A stretch of 42,495 nucleotides of DNA from Gemmatimonadaceae bacterium (lineage in GTDB: Bacteria; Gemmatimonadota; Gemmatimonadetes; Gemmatimonadales; Gemmatimonadaceae), in the NCBI GenBank assembly GCA_033763905.1, contig JANRJP010000132.1, forward strand, positions 1-42,495, read 5' to 3'. Shown here in pieces: positions 17,070 through 30,616 of this stretch. Position numbers and translations under genes: made by a program. Position 1 is the stretch's first letter; each line of letters opens with the position of its first letter. The notes under the pieces were generated by a model. The model was not told the DNA's origin and ran no database searches. It saw nothing but the letters and a program-made list of their open reading frames with translations.

Positions 17070-18499
17070 TAGCGACCCGCCAAGTAGAAGTAGGCACCGC
17101 CAGCGGCGGCCGCGAGCACGGCCGCCACCCAGACCCACGAAGGTACTCCACCGCTCGCGGGCTTTGGAGCGGGTGGGACGGCCTGTTTTGGCGCCGGGGC
17201 GGGGGGCGGGGGGCTCGCGGCTGGCGGGGCCGCCGCCTGACGCGCCGCCGCGAGCTGGGCCGCCAACGCCCCGGACAGCACCGCCGTCTCCCCCTTGCCC
17301 GCAGCGCTCGCGACCGCTGCTCCGGCTACCGCAAAGGTGCCACGAAGCGCCCCGAGCTTGATCTCGGCCGTCTCACCCAGCGCAGCGTCGCCCTGGATCC
17401 GGACCCCGCCGACGAACGACCCGTTGGTCGAGCCCATATCCACTAGATACCAGCCATCGCCGCGGCGCTGGACCTTGGCGTGGGAGTCGGAGACGCTCTC
17501 TTCGGCCACCACCACATCGTTGTGCTGCCCTCGTCCCAACTGGGTCAGCGGCTCGGTGATCTCGACGATCTTCGCTCCGGACGACAGCTGCAGCTCGAGG
17601 CGAGCCAGCACGGGTCGGGCGGGAGCGGCCGGGGGGGCCTTCGGCGCAGGAGCCGGTGTCGGCGCTGCGACCGGTTCTTGGCGCGGCGCTGGCGCCGCAG
17701 GGGCAGGAGCGTCGGGCGCTGGCGCAGCAGGCGCAGGAGCGGCGGGTGCTGCCGCGACCGGCGCAGGCGGGGTCGGAGCGGCGGCGGGAGCGGCCGCTGG
17801 CGGCGCGGCCGTCGCCGCGGCGGCGGCCTTGTCCGCGTAGAACCGGAACTCCTCCGGACCGAGCCGAATCACGTCGCCGCGAGCCAGCGTGATCGTGCCG
17901 TCGACCCGCGTCCCGTTCACCAGCACGCCATTCGTGCTCGTGTCGATGAGGTAGTACCCTTCGGCGCCGACCTCGATCTCCGCGTGGCTCCGCGAGACTT
18001 CGCCCGAAGCGATCACGACATCACAGGCCGGATCGCGCCCGATCGTGAACGGCTTGCTGATGATCGGGTACTCGCGGCCGTCCGTCAGTGATACCAGTCG
18101 TCCGCCCGTGTTCGCCGTCGGTTGCCGGGCCGCACCGCTGGCCGCTGCCGCGCCGCCCTCCCGCTGCTTGAGCAGTTCGGCGACATTCGCCCCCGAGAAG
18201 AACGCGGTCGACCCGCCCTTCGCGGCATCGCCGAAGATGAGGGTCGCCCCGCCCACCTCGATGCGATCGCCGTGAATCAGCGGCACGGGTTCGACCCCCA
18301 GCGCCACGCCATTCACCCGCACCGATGCATCCGCCAAGGCCAGCCGGATCACCGAGCCGGCGCCGGTCGCGTTCACCACGGCCGTGGCACTGGCATCGCT
18401 CAGGCCATCCACCCGGACATCGGCCGAGGCGGCGCCGCCGATGGTGGTGTCACCGGCGCGGAGCGGGATCTGGCGGTCGTTGAGCTGGAGGTAAGCCAT
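17069..18499 (-). CDS. Triple-FHA-domain protein with Pro/Ala linkers and C-terminal membrane anchor
   Basis: FHA2 IGRD...VSRSHA...STNG; FHA3 LGRG...VSDSHA...STNG; degenerate FHA1 (IGG...VNG); C-terminal WVWVAAVLAAAAGGAYFYL. Confidence 0.88.
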   Translation of the reverse strand: MAYLQLNDRQIPLRAGDTTIGGAASADVRVDGLSDASATAVVNATGAGSVIRLALADASVRVNGVALGVEPVPLIHGDRIEVGGATLIFGDAAKGGSTAFFSGANVAELLKQREGGAAAASGAARQPTANTGGRLVSLTDGREYPIISKPFTIGRDPACDVVIASGEVSRSHAEIEVGAEGYYLIDTSTNGVLVNGTRVDGTITLARGDVIRLGPEEFRFYADKAAAAATAAPPAAAPAAAPTPPAPVAAAPAAPAPAAPAPDAPAPAAPAPRQEPVAAPTPAPAPKAPPAAPARPVLARLELQLSSGAKIVEITEPLTQLGRGQHNDVVVAEESVSDSHAKVQRRGDGWYLVDMGSTNGSFVGGVRIQGDAALGETAEIKLGALRGTFAVAGAAVASAAGKGETAVLSGALAAQLAAARQAAAPPAASPPPPAPAPKQAVPPAPKPASGGVPSWVWVAAVLAAAAGGAYFYLAGR

Positions 18500-18550
18500 T
18501 GGGGTCGAAAGTACGGGACGCTCCAAAGGGGAGCAAGCATTCGTGACGCC

Positions 18551-20404
18551 TTACGGAGCCGAATCGCGCACTGATTCAAGCGCGCCCACCTGCAGCGCCC
18601 AGAGTCGGGCATACAGCCCGCCCGAGGCCACCAGCGACTCGTGCGTCCCCCGTTCCACCACCTGACCGTGATGGAGCACCAGGATCAGACTCGCCGCCGT
18701 CACGGTCGAGAGCCGGTGTGCAATCGCAATGGTCGTGCGCCCCTGCATCAGGACCGAGAGCCCCCGCTGGATGTCTGCCTCGATCGTCGCATCGACCGCG
18801 CTGGTCGCCTCGTCGAGCACCAGGAGCGGCGGCGATGCCGCCAGCGCACGCGCAAACGACAGCAACTGCCGCTCCCCGACGCTGAGCGACGCTCCGCGCT
18901 CCGCAAGCGGTGTCGCCCACCCCGCCGGCTGCCGTGCAATCACCCGATCGGCACCGACGCGCGCCGCCGCAGCCCTGACGCCGGCGTCATCCAGTGCCGT
19001 GCCCAACCGGATGTTCGCGGCAATGTCTCCCGCGAAGAGAAACAGGTCCTGCTGCACGTACCCGATCCGGGCGCGCAGCGCATCGACGGGCATCTCGCGG
19101 ATGTCCACACCGTCGACGAGAATCCGTCCCCGTTGCGGTTCGTAGAATCGGAGCAGGAGCCCGACCACGGTGCTCTTCCCCGCCCCGGTGTGCCCCACCA
19201 ACGCCAGCGTCTCCCCGGGCGACACCTGGAAGGACACCCCGCGCAGCACCCACTCGTCGCCCCGGTAGGCAAACCAAACGTCCTCGAACACCACCGTCAC
19301 GCCCGGAGGCGCCTCCGCACCTGCGGCCACCGCCGGGGTCGCCCGGCGCTGCGCCTCGACGGCCGCCGTCGACGCCAGCAGCGACTGCCCCGCCGCGTCG
19401 GGCGGCGTGTCGAGCAGGTGAAAAATCCGCTCCCCGGCCGCCATCGCCTGCTGCAGCGTGTTGTACTTGTCCGACAGATCCTGCAGCGGCTGAAAGAACC
19501 GCCGCACGAGCTGCAGAAATGCCGCGACCGTGCCGACGCCCAACACGCCGGCGCCGGCGCGCGACGCGCCGGCCACGATCAGCGACGCGAGGGCCACCGA
19601 CGTCAGCAATTCGATCAATGGGAAGTACAGCGCATAGATCGTGACGCTCGCGAGATGCACGTCGAGATGCTCGCGATTGAGCCGGTCGAACTGCGCCGAC
19701 TCGCGACGCTCCTGACCGAAGAGCTGCACGACGCGAATGCCCGCGACCCGCTCCTGCAGGAAGGCGTTGAGCCGCGCCAGTCGCGTGCGAATCTCGCGAT
19801 ACGCCGCGCGTACGCGGCGCTGGAACCACGACGAGGTCCACCACACGAAGGGAATCACGGCGAAGGTCGCCAGGGCCAGCCGCCAGTCGACAATCAGCAT
19901 CGCCACGCCGATCACGCCGAGCGTGAACAGGTCGCCCAGCCCCGCCACCACCCCGGACGTGAACAACTCGTTGAGCGACTCGATGTCGCCGGTCACGCGC
20001 GTGACAAGGCGCCCCACCGGCGTCCGGTCGAAGAACGGCACCGACAAGCGTTGCAAGTGCGCGAAGACCTCGCGCCGCAAATCGTGCATCACCGTCTGCC
20101 CGAGCCGGTTCGTCAGCAACGTCTCGCTGAGACTGGCGACGAATTGCACGGCCAGCACCGTGCCGAAGGCCGCCGCGAGCCAGGGCAGCGTCTCGCGCTG
20201 CCCCGAGGGCAGGACCACGTCGATCGCGTGCCGCGTCAGCAACGGCCCGGCCAGTGTCAGCCCGGCCTGCAGGAACAGCAGTCCAAGCGACGTCACGACG
20301 AGCGCGCGGTAGGGGCGGACGTACGTCAACAGCCGTCGCGCGAGTCGCGCGTCCAGCACACGACCCACCGTGTCTTCGTCGAGATACGCCCCGGGCGCGG
20401 TCAC
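18551..20404 (-). CDS. ABC exporter half-transporter (TMD+NBD, MdlB/Sav1866-like)
   Basis: 6-TM domain, GHTGAGKST, signature [21 protein letters not shown] start at 20404 (ORF track over-extends into uvrA). Confidence 0.92.
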   Translation of the reverse strand: MTAPGAYLDEDTVGRVLDARLARRLLTYVRPYRALVVTSLGLLFLQAGLTLAGPLLTRHAIDVVLPSGQRETLPWLAAAFGTVLAVQFVASLSETLLTNRLGQTVMHDLRREVFAHLQRLSVPFFDRTPVGRLVTRVTGDIESLNELFTSGVVAGLGDLFTLGVIGVAMLIVDWRLALATFAVIPFVWWTSSWFQRRVRAAYREIRTRLARLNAFLQERVAGIRVVQLFGQERRESAQFDRLNREHLDVHLASVTIYALYFPLIELLTSVALASLIVAGASRAGAGVLGVGTVAAFLQLVRRFFQPLQDLSDKYNTLQQAMAAGERIFHLLDTPPDAAGQSLLASTAAVEAQRRATPAVAAGAEAPPGVTVVFEDVWFAYRGDEWVLRGVSFQVSPGETLALVGHTGAGKSTVVGLLLRFYEPQRGRILVDGVDIREMPVDALRARIGYVQQDLFLFAGDIAANIRLGTALDDAGVRAAAARVGADRVIARQPAGWATPLAERGASLSVGERQLLSFARALAASPPLLVLDEATSAVDATIEADIQRGLSVLMQGRTTIAIAHRLSTVTAASLILVLHHGQVVERGTHESLVASGGLYARLWALQVGALESVRDSAP

Positions 20405-20447
20405 ACCGGAATCTAGTCGAGGCGTCGCTCCCCTATGTTTATCCGCA

Positions 20448-23315
<2,868 letters not shown>

Positions 23316-23964
23316 CAGCGGGACTCGTGATGATTCACGAGTCCCGCCGCTTGCAGGAACGCCTGCACCGTCGTCGGTCCCACGAAGCGGAAGCCGCGAC
23401 GCTTGAGATCCTTCGACAGGGCGGTCGCTTCCGGTGAGGTACTCGCGGCACGGAGCCACGCCTCGGTGATCGTGCGGGGTTGCGTCGCGGCGGGCGGCGC
23501 AAAGCGCCACACGTACGCCGCGAACGACGACTCCACGTCGAGCAGGGACTCGAGCGCACGCGCGTTGGCGATCGTCGCCTCGATCTTGCCGCGATGCCGC
23601 ACGATGCCCGCATCGGCCAGCAGTCGTGCCACATCGCGCGCGCCGAAACGCGCCACTCGGGCGACGTCGAAGCCGGCGAAGGCCTCGCGAAAACCCTCGC
23701 GCTTCTTGAGAATCGTCAGCCAGCTCAGCCCGCTCTGAAACGCCTCGAGGGACAGCTTCTCGAAAAGCCGCCGGTCATCCGCGACCGGGAAGCCCCACTC
23801 GCGATCGTGGTAATCGTGGTAGAGCGGCGGGCCATCCACCACCCAGAAGCATCGCGCCGGCGTCGTCGGGGGCATCGGGCGGAAACTGCGCCCCGACGCC
23901 GCGTCCGCCACATCGCATCACAAACGTGACAGCACCGAATCCGGCGATTTTTCGGCGTGTGGGG

Positions 23965-23993
23965 TTGAATGCGGGCCTGCGATTTCCGATAAT
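23965..23993 (+). promoter_or_regulatory. Sigma70 promoter for tRNA-Asn
   Basis: TTGAAT-N17-GATAAT, 32 nt upstream of the tRNA. Confidence 0.7.
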
Positions 23994-24025
23994 TCAGGTC
24001 TGCGGTGTAGCAACGCCGCGGACAT

Positions 24026-24098
24026 TCCCCGATAGCTCAGTTGGTAGAGCAGCTGACTGTTAATCAGCGGGTCACAGGTTCGAGTCCTGTTCGGGGAG
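24026..24098 (+). tRNA. tRNA-Asn (GTT), CCA not encoded
   Basis: Acceptor TCCCCGA/TCGGGGA, D-arm TAGCTCAGTTGGTAGAGC, anticodon arm GCTGA-CTGTTAA-TCAGC, T-arm GGTTCGAGTCC. Confidence 0.97.
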
Positions 24099-24122
24099 CT
24101 CCACTACGCACGTCAGTTCGGT

Positions 24123-24157
24123 CACGGCCCCGATGCCCCTGCGGCATCGGGGCCGTG
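24123..24157 (+). terminator. Hairpin after tRNA-Asn
   Basis: Perfect 15-bp stem CACGGCCCCGATGCC / GGCATCGGGGCCGTG, 5-nt loop; U-tract weak. Confidence 0.7.
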
Positions 24158-24272
24158 TGCGTTCCGGGTCGGCGGAACTTGCGGCCACCTGACCGGTACG
24201 TAGGCTTCACCACACGGCCGACGCGGGCCAGTCGATTCCGAAGTGTGTACGTTCCTGTACCCGGAGCAACCG

Positions 24273-25109
24273 ATGGTCCGCCTTGTGTATCCCATTCGTC
24301 TCGCCGTCATCGTCGCGCTCGGCACAGCATCGGGCGCGACGGCGCAGCAGCCCGAGGCCCCAACCGGTATCCGCGGGGTCGTCACGAGTTCCATCGGCAC
24401 ACCGCTGCCTTTCGCGCAGGTTCGACTCGACGATGGCCGCTGGCAGGCCACGGCAGACGACCAAGGCCGCTTCGAGATGCTCGGTGTCGCCGCCGGCACG
24501 CACCGCTTCGCGGTGCGCCGCCTCGGGTACGCGGCGCTCCGCGATTACGCCACCGTTACGCCGGGTCGCGTCGCCACGTATCGCGTGGAGCTCGACCCAA
24601 TTCCCCTGGCCGCCCCCACCATTACCGTCCGCGCGCGGCAGCTCAACATTGGGGCCGTGCAAGTCGCCGGGAGCGGGCAGGAGCTCGCCGAGGCCCCGGA
24701 TTTCTCGATCCGGCAGTATGCGGCACGGACGTGGCCCTGGCTGCGGCTGGGTGAGGAAGTCGGCCCCACACGCGGCTGGTCGACCCAGCAGCCCGCCGTG
24801 TTTCCCGCCGATTGGAACGGCTGGGACACGGCGCTCGGTCAGGCCACGATGCTGGGCATCGACGTGCCCTACGGCGGGCCGTTCGTGCCCGCGATACCCA
24901 TTGGGGTGCCGTTCGGCGGAGGAAACCAGTTGCAGCAACGCGCGGATGCGCTGCTGGCCGGTTGCAAGCGGTACGTGAACGGCGCCTGCGTCCCCGACTG
25001 GTATCTCGACGCCATCGCGCCTGCCGACCTCGAATCGTTCTCGGTGCATCGCCGCGGGAACGGCTACGTGGTCGTGATGCAAACCCGAGCGCTCGCCTCC
25101 GCCAACTGA
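24273..25109 (+). CDS. Secreted protein with carboxypeptidase-regulatory-like N-domain
   Basis: GGAG SD, signal peptide, IRGVVT..GTPLPFAQV...ADDQGRF...VRRLGY; C-terminal part of unknown function. Confidence 0.75.
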   Translation: MVRLVYPIRLAVIVALGTASGATAQQPEAPTGIRGVVTSSIGTPLPFAQVRLDDGRWQATADDQGRFEMLGVAAGTHRFAVRRLGYAALRDYATVTPGRVATYRVELDPIPLAAPTITVRARQLNIGAVQVAGSGQELAEAPDFSIRQYAARTWPWLRLGEEVGPTRGWSTQQPAVFPADWNGWDTALGQATMLGIDVPYGGPFVPAIPIGVPFGGGNQLQQRADALLAGCKRYVNGACVPDWYLDAIAPADLESFSVHRRGNGYVVVMQTRALASAN

Positions 25110-25116
25110 TGGCCCG

Positions 25117-25905
25117 ATGCGGCGCGTGCGCACGCTGACGGCGCGCGTCGCCATTCTCGCGACGGCCGTGTCGGTCACGGCCGCCGCGCTCGCGCCAGCC
25201 GCCGCACGATCGCAGGGGGCCGGCACCACCGACGTCGTAGCGGACGTCCGCCAGATCGTCACCTTCCGCTGGCTGCCTGGCCGCGAGGCGGACGCCACCG
25301 CGATCTACACTGGCCCGCTCCGCGCGATCTACGACCGTGTGCCCGCCATCGGCCGCGTGCGCGTCTTCCGCGAAGCCGAGAGCCCCGAACCGCTCGACCT
25401 CGTCGTCGTCACGCACTACGCCTCGATGGCGCAGATGGACACCGCGAACGCGCAACTCCGGACGCAGAGTGAAGGGGGCCGACGCGCGCTCCAGTTCTAT
25501 GGCGACCTCTCGGCGATGTCCGCCGGCCACCACGACCAGTTTGTCGAGATGCTGCCCCACCTCCGGGTGTCGCGTGACACGGCGAGCGCCCCGCGTGGCG
25601 CCTTGGTGGTGTACGAGTATCTCCGCGCCGTCCCCGGTGGCCTCGAGGCGCTCGAGCGCGAACTCGAACTGCGCGTGCGCCCCGCAGAGCGTGCCAGCGC
25701 GGCGGCCTGGCGCAGCGAGACCGGCCGAATGCTCGTGAGTGACGGCTGGACCCACCTGCGCATCCACACCGTGTCGTCCCTCGGCGCGTGGCAACAATTC
25801 GTGGCCGCGACCCGTACGGCGCCTACGCATCGCGCGTACGAACGCCAAATTGCGGCGCGCAAGATCATCATCCTCCGTCACCTCCCCGATGCCGATGTTC
25901 GCTGA
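25117..25905 (+). CDS. Secreted hypothetical protein, two repeated alpha/beta (NIPSNAP-like) domains
   Basis: Signal peptide; paired motifs QIVTFRWLPGRE / VYEYLRAVPGGL, HHDQFV; fold call tentative. Confidence 0.65.
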   Translation: MRRVRTLTARVAILATAVSVTAAALAPAAARSQGAGTTDVVADVRQIVTFRWLPGREADATAIYTGPLRAIYDRVPAIGRVRVFREAESPEPLDLVVVTHYASMAQMDTANAQLRTQSEGGRRALQFYGDLSAMSAGHHDQFVEMLPHLRVSRDTASAPRGALVVYEYLRAVPGGLEALERELELRVRPAERASAAAWRSETGRMLVSDGWTHLRIHTVSSLGAWQQFVAATRTAPTHRAYERQIAARKIIILRHLPDADVR

Positions 25906-27775
25906 CCTGCCACTGACTGCACGACGCACCGCGGCCCTCGCGCTCGCGGCGGCCGTCGTGGCCACCGCTGCTCCCGTGACTCCGCTGGCGGCGCAGTCGG
26001 CGACCGGTCGCCCCACGATTACCAAGGTCGATCCGCCCAACTGGTGGACCGGCCACAGCATCAATCCGGTGCGCGTGCTCGTGCGCGGCACCAACCTTGG
26101 CGGCGCGCAAATCGACTGCGGACGACTGACCTGCAGCAACATCCGCACGAATGCGCGCGGCACCTACGCGTTCGTGGACGTCACCATTGCCAGTGGCACG
26201 ACGCCCGGTGCGTATCCTATCGCGTTCCGCACCGGGGCCGGTCGCGCGGCGTTCACGTTCACCGTCGATGCCCCGCTCCCTCGTGAGGGGCGCTTTCAGG
26301 GCTTCGGCATCGACGACGTCATCTATCTCGTGATGCCCGACCGCTTCGCGAATGGCGACCCGTCGAACGACGACCCCGCCAAGTCGAAGGGCCTGCTCGA
26401 TCGCAAGAACCCGCGTGGCTACCACGGGGGCGACATCGAGGGCATCCGACAGAAGCTCCCGTACCTCAAGTCGCTGGGCATCACCGCCATCTGGTTCACG
26501 CCCGTGTTCGACAACACGGATGTGGCCGACAAGGCCAGTATGCGCCCCGGGGATCCGGTGATGACCGCGTATCACGGCTACCACGCGTCGGACTTCTACG
26601 CCGTCGAAGATCGCTTCGGCGATATGGCCGCGTTGCGCCGTCTGGTCGATGATGCCCACGCGCAGGGCATCAAGATCATTATGGATCAGGTCGAGAACCA
26701 CACCGGCCCCGAACACCCGTGGCTCACGGACTCGCCCACGCCCACGTGGTTCAACGGGACGCGCGAACAGCATCTCCCCAACAACTGGCAGACCTGGACG
26801 CTCGCCGATCGCTATGCGAATCCGGTCGTGCGCGACAGCACGCTCAAGGGCTGGTTCGCGAACATCCTCCCCGACCTGAACCAGGACGACCCGGACGTCT
26901 CGCGCTATCTGATCCAGAACACGCTGTGGTGGCTCGGGATGACCGGCATCGACGGCATCCGACAGGACACCTGGTTCTACGCGCCGCGCTCCTTCTGGGC
27001 GCCGTGGATGGCGGCGATCAAGCGCGAGTATCCCACGGTCCGCGTCGTGGGCGAGGCCTATGACGGCGACCCGGTGCTGCTCTCGTTCTTCGAAGGGGGA
27101 CGCGTCGGCTGGGACGGCATCGATGGCTCGGTGGACTATCTGTTCGACTTCCCGCTCGCGTTCCCGACGCGGCGCGCCTTCGCGACGGGAAGTTCGGTGC
27201 GCGAAGTGGCGATGATGCTCGCGCGCGACCGCGTGTATCTGCGGCCCAACGAACTCGTCACCTTCCTGAGCAATCACGACGTGCCGCGCTTTATGGGCGA
27301 GCCCAACGCGACGATCGACGGCCTGCTGCTGGCCTTCACGTTCCAGCTGACGGCGCGCGGCATTCCGTCGATCTACTATGGCGACGAGATCGCGCTGCCC
27401 GGCGGTGGCGACCCCGACAACCGACGCGATTTCCCGGGCGGGTTCCCGGGTGACGCCGCCAACGCGTTCGAGGCCCGCGGGCGCACCGCCGACCAGCAGC
27501 GCGTCTTCTCGCACGTGCAGCGACTGCTGGCGCTGCGCGCCGCGCGAGCCGAGCTCCGCACCGCGCCGACCGAACATCTGGTCGTCGACGAGCAGCTCTA
27601 CGCGTACCGGCGTGGCGCGACGCTCGTGGTCATCAACAACGGCACGGCTCCCACATCGGTCACGGTCCCCAGCGCCGCGCTCGGCGCTCCGGTGGTTGGC
27701 AGGTGTACCGCCACGACGAGCGCCGCCGGCCGCGTCACGATCGCGATGCCGGCGCGGACCAGCTGCGTGTTCTGA
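25889..27775 (+). CDS. GH13 alpha-amylase / cyclomaltodextrinase (SusA-like), secreted
   Basis: DPPNWWTG N-domain, YLVMPDRFANGDPSND, HGGDIEG, YHGY, GIRQDT, VGE, FLSNHD catalytic motifs; start 25889 or 25895. Confidence 0.92.
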   Translation: MPMFADLPLTARRTAALALAAAVVATAAPVTPLAAQSATGRPTITKVDPPNWWTGHSINPVRVLVRGTNLGGAQIDCGRLTCSNIRTNARGTYAFVDVTIASGTTPGAYPIAFRTGAGRAAFTFTVDAPLPREGRFQGFGIDDVIYLVMPDRFANGDPSNDDPAKSKGLLDRKNPRGYHGGDIEGIRQKLPYLKSLGITAIWFTPVFDNTDVADKASMRPGDPVMTAYHGYHASDFYAVEDRFGDMAALRRLVDDAHAQGIKIIMDQVENHTGPEHPWLTDSPTPTWFNGTREQHLPNNWQTWTLADRYANPVVRDSTLKGWFANILPDLNQDDPDVSRYLIQNTLWWLGMTGIDGIRQDTWFYAPRSFWAPWMAAIKREYPTVRVVGEAYDGDPVLLSFFEGGRVGWDGIDGSVDYLFDFPLAFPTRRAFATGSSVREVAMMLARDRVYLRPNELVTFLSNHDVPRFMGEPNATIDGLLLAFTFQLTARGIPSIYYGDEIALPGGGDPDNRRDFPGGFPGDAANAFEARGRTADQQRVFSHVQRLLALRAARAELRTAPTEHLVVDEQLYAYRRGATLVVINNGTAPTSVTVPSAALGAPVVGRCTATTSAAGRVTIAMPARTSCVF

Positions 27776-27787
27776 CCACGCGTCATC

Positions 27788-27813
27788 GCGCGGCGCCGGA
27801 GCGGCCGCCGCGC
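27788..27813. terminator. Hairpin between convergent genes
   Basis: GCGCGGCG / CGCCGCGC stem. Confidence 0.4.
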
Positions 27814-27814
27814 C

Positions 27815-28615
27815 TCAGTGGCCCCAGGGCGCGGTCGAGAACAGCGTCACCGACAAGGTGTTGTTGCTCTCGACCCGCCGTCCGCTCGCGCGGATGATTT
27901 GTTGCTGCAGGTAGCCACCTTCGACGCGGAGCGTCGGCGTGAGGCGCCAGCCGATGCCACCGAACAGCCGGTTCTGCTCCAGAATGTTGAGCTGCACATC
28001 GCGGCCCAGCCCGACGAAGATCTCGTTGTAGCCGGTCACGTACGGGCCGGTCTTGGCCGATCCCAACGGCAGGGTGCCGCGAATGAAGTACCGAAAGCGC
28101 TGCGTGAAGCGCCAGCGCTCGACCTCAGGCTCCTGTCCCGCCGGCGGCGCCGACATCACGCCGAGATAGCGCTGCTCCAGCCGAAAGCGGTGACTCACCG
28201 CCACCCGCGCGGCCTGCTGGTTGAGCGTCAGTTGCTCCCAGAGCCGGTGCTCGGGGAATCGCGCGGCGATCGGATCCTCACCGTACTGGTGGGTGACGAT
28301 GTATCCGTACCCCGCGGTGAGGCGCACATCTTGCGCCACGTCGTAGGTCACGCCGGGCCGCAGCAGCAATTGCTGCCACCGCTCGCCGGGAAGACCCTCG
28401 CGCCGAAGGTGCACGTCGTACCACAGCGACCAGCGCCCCGACACGCGGTGGTCGCCGAAGAACGAATACCACGTGTTCGTGTTCTCTACGGTGGTCCGCA
28501 CGGGCCCCTGCGCGGTGGCGGCAGACGTCGCCACGACGACCGCGAGGCACGCGCCCCGCAGACCGCCGGTGTTCCAGCGGCGTCCGCGTCCGATCCTTAG
28601 ATTCAGTGGAGTCAT
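27815..28615 (-). CDS. DUF2490-like outer-membrane beta-barrel protein
   Basis: QQLLLRPG, LTAGYGY, EHRLWEQL, HRFRLEQR, RFRY, NEIF, QNRLFGG, EGGYLQQ; start uncertain. Confidence 0.82.
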   Translation of the reverse strand: MTPLNLRIGRGRRWNTGGLRGACLAVVVATSAATAQGPVRTTVENTNTWYSFFGDHRVSGRWSLWYDVHLRREGLPGERWQQLLLRPGVTYDVAQDVRLTAGYGYIVTHQYGEDPIAARFPEHRLWEQLTLNQQAARVAVSHRFRLEQRYLGVMSAPPAGQEPEVERWRFTQRFRYFIRGTLPLGSAKTGPYVTGYNEIFVGLGRDVQLNILEQNRLFGGIGWRLTPTLRVEGGYLQQQIIRASGRRVESNNTLSVTLFSTAPWGH

Positions 28616-28673
28616 TCGTCTCACGTTCACCTGCTGCGACTGGACACGGCGTCGCGGCATTCCCGTTTGCGCT

Positions 28674-30128
28674 ATGTCCAGCTCGCCCTCGTCCCGCACC
28701 GTCGTCCTCATTCCCGGCGATGGAATTGGTCCTGAAGTTATCGGTGCCACGCGCCGTGTTCTTGAAGCGGCCGGGACCGGCCTGTCCTTCGAGATGGCCG
28801 AAGCCGGTGGCGCCGTCTTCGCCAAGGGGATCAAGTCCGGCGTCACGCCCGACACCATCGAGGCGATCTCCAAGCATCGCGTCGTCCTCAAGGGGCCGCT
28901 CGCGACGCCGATCGGCAAGGGCGAAAAGTCTGCCAACGTGACGCTGCGCAAGCTCTTCGAGACCTACGGCAACGTGCGGCCGGTGCGCGAGCTGCCCGGC
29001 GTGCCGACGGTCTTCGCGGGTCGCGGCGTCGATCTCGTGATCGTCCGCGAGAACATCGAAGACCTCTACGGCGGCATCGAGCATATGCAGACGCCGGGCG
29101 TCGCCCAGTCGCTCAAGGTCGTCTCCCGGAAGGGCTGCGAGAAGATCGTCCGCCTCGCCTTCGAAGTCGCACGCTCCGAAGGCCGAAGCAAGGTCACCTG
29201 CGCGACCAAGGCGAACATTCTCAAGCTCACCGAAGGCCTGCTGCAGCACACCTTCGACGAGATCGCGCCGGAGTACCCGGACATCACGGCCGAGCAGATG
29301 CTGGTCGACAACTGCGCGCACCAGCTCGTGATGTCGCCCGAACAGTTCGGCGTCATCGTGATGACGAATATGAACGGCGACATCCTCTCCGACTTGGCCT
29401 CCGGCCTCGGCGGTGGTCTCGGGTTCGCCCCCTCGGCCAACCTCGGCTCGGGCTGCGCCATTTTCGAAGCGGTCCACGGCACCGCGCCGGCCATTGCCGG
29501 CCAAGACAAGGCCAACCCCACGGCGCTGCTCCTCAGCGCGGTGATGATGCTCCGCTATCTGGGCTTGTTCGCGCAGGCCAATGCCGTCGAGCACGCCATC
29601 CTCGTCACGCTCGAGTCCGGCGTGCGCACCGGCGATCTCGCGAAGGGTGGGCCCAGCGTCGGCACGCAGGCCTTCGCCGATGCGATCATCGGCAACCTCG
29701 GCAAGTCCAGCGCGCAGTGGGCGGTGCGCACCGGAACGCCGCTCAATTTCCCGCCGGCGGTCAGTCCCGCCGTGCGCGTCGTGCCGCGTGAACGGCAGGT
29801 CGTCGGTGTGGACGTGTTCGCCGAGTGGGGCGGTGATGCCAACGGCATCGGCCGTGCCCTCGAAGCGGCGGTCGACGGCACTCCCGCACGACTCGTGATG
29901 ATCTCGAACCGCGGCACGCAGGTGTATCCCGCCACCGGCGGCGCCGAAACCGACGCCGTCGACGTGTGGCGCTGCCGCTTCGTCCAGCGCGACGGCGGCG
30001 CGATGTCCGACGCCGTCGCGCTCGACGTCGTGCAGCGGGTCGCTGGCGTCGCGCCGTGGGTCCACATCGAGAAGCTGCAGGTCTTCGACGGCGTCGACGG
30101 CTTCACCAAGGCACAGGGGCAAGCGTGA
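28674..30128 (+). CDS. icd: Isocitrate dehydrogenase with C-terminal extension domain
   Basis: [54 protein letters not shown]-domain [11 protein letters not shown]...WRCRF...GFTKAQG. Confidence 0.93.
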   Translation: MSSSPSSRTVVLIPGDGIGPEVIGATRRVLEAAGTGLSFEMAEAGGAVFAKGIKSGVTPDTIEAISKHRVVLKGPLATPIGKGEKSANVTLRKLFETYGNVRPVRELPGVPTVFAGRGVDLVIVRENIEDLYGGIEHMQTPGVAQSLKVVSRKGCEKIVRLAFEVARSEGRSKVTCATKANILKLTEGLLQHTFDEIAPEYPDITAEQMLVDNCAHQLVMSPEQFGVIVMTNMNGDILSDLASGLGGGLGFAPSANLGSGCAIFEAVHGTAPAIAGQDKANPTALLLSAVMMLRYLGLFAQANAVEHAILVTLESGVRTGDLAKGGPSVGTQAFADAIIGNLGKSSAQWAVRTGTPLNFPPAVSPAVRVVPRERQVVGVDVFAEWGGDANGIGRALEAAVDGTPARLVMISNRGTQVYPATGGAETDAVDVWRCRFVQRDGGAMSDAVALDVVQRVAGVAPWVHIEKLQVFDGVDGFTKAQGQA

Positions 30129-30616
30129 GCAGCCCGGCGCCGCTCGTCGGCGTGATCTGCGGATCCACCTCCGACTGGACGCATCTGTCGGCCGCAGCCG
30201 AGGTGCTCGACGAACTCGGCATCCCGTACGAGAAGCGCGTCGTGTCCGCCCACCGGACGCCGGATTGGATGTTCGAGTACGCAGCCACCGCCGAGGCGCG
30301 TGGCCTGCAAGTCATCATCGCCGCCGCCGGCGGCGCGGCGCACTTGCCGGGGATGGTGGCCGCCAAGACCACCGTGCCGGTGCTGGGTGTGCCGATGCCC
30401 GCCACCGCGTTGCAGGGCGTCGATGCGCTCCTGAGCATCGTGCAGATGCCGGGAGGTGTCCCCGTCGGGACGCTTGCCATCGGGCGGCCGGGCGCCACCA
30501 ACGCTGCGCTCTTCGCGGCCGAGATTCTTGCCCTGACCCGTCCCGAACTCCGCGCCGCGCTCATCGCGCGACGCACGGCGCGCGCCAACGACGTATTGCG
30601 CGACACGCTGCCGTGA
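30125..30616 (+). CDS. purE: N5-CAIR mutase PurE
   Basis: GTGA overlap; [33 protein letters not shown]. Confidence 0.97.
   Translation: MSSPAPLVGVICGSTSDWTHLSAAAEVLDELGIPYEKRVVSAHRTPDWMFEYAATAEARGLQVIIAAAGGAAHLPGMVAAKTTVPVLGVPMPATALQGVDALLSIVQMPGGVPVGTLAIGRPGATNAALFAAEILALTRPELRAALIARRTARANDVLRDTLP

Noticed and set aside
17600..17830. Low-complexity GC repeats
   Set aside because: Simply encode the Pro/Ala linker of the FHA protein
24099..24103. CCA a few bases downstream of both tRNAs
   Set aside because: Offset by 2-3 nt from the discriminator base, so not the mature CCA; likely incidental
24026..27775. Genomic island integrated at tRNA-Asn
   Set aside because: No integrase, no repeat of the tRNA 3' end seen, no obvious GC shift
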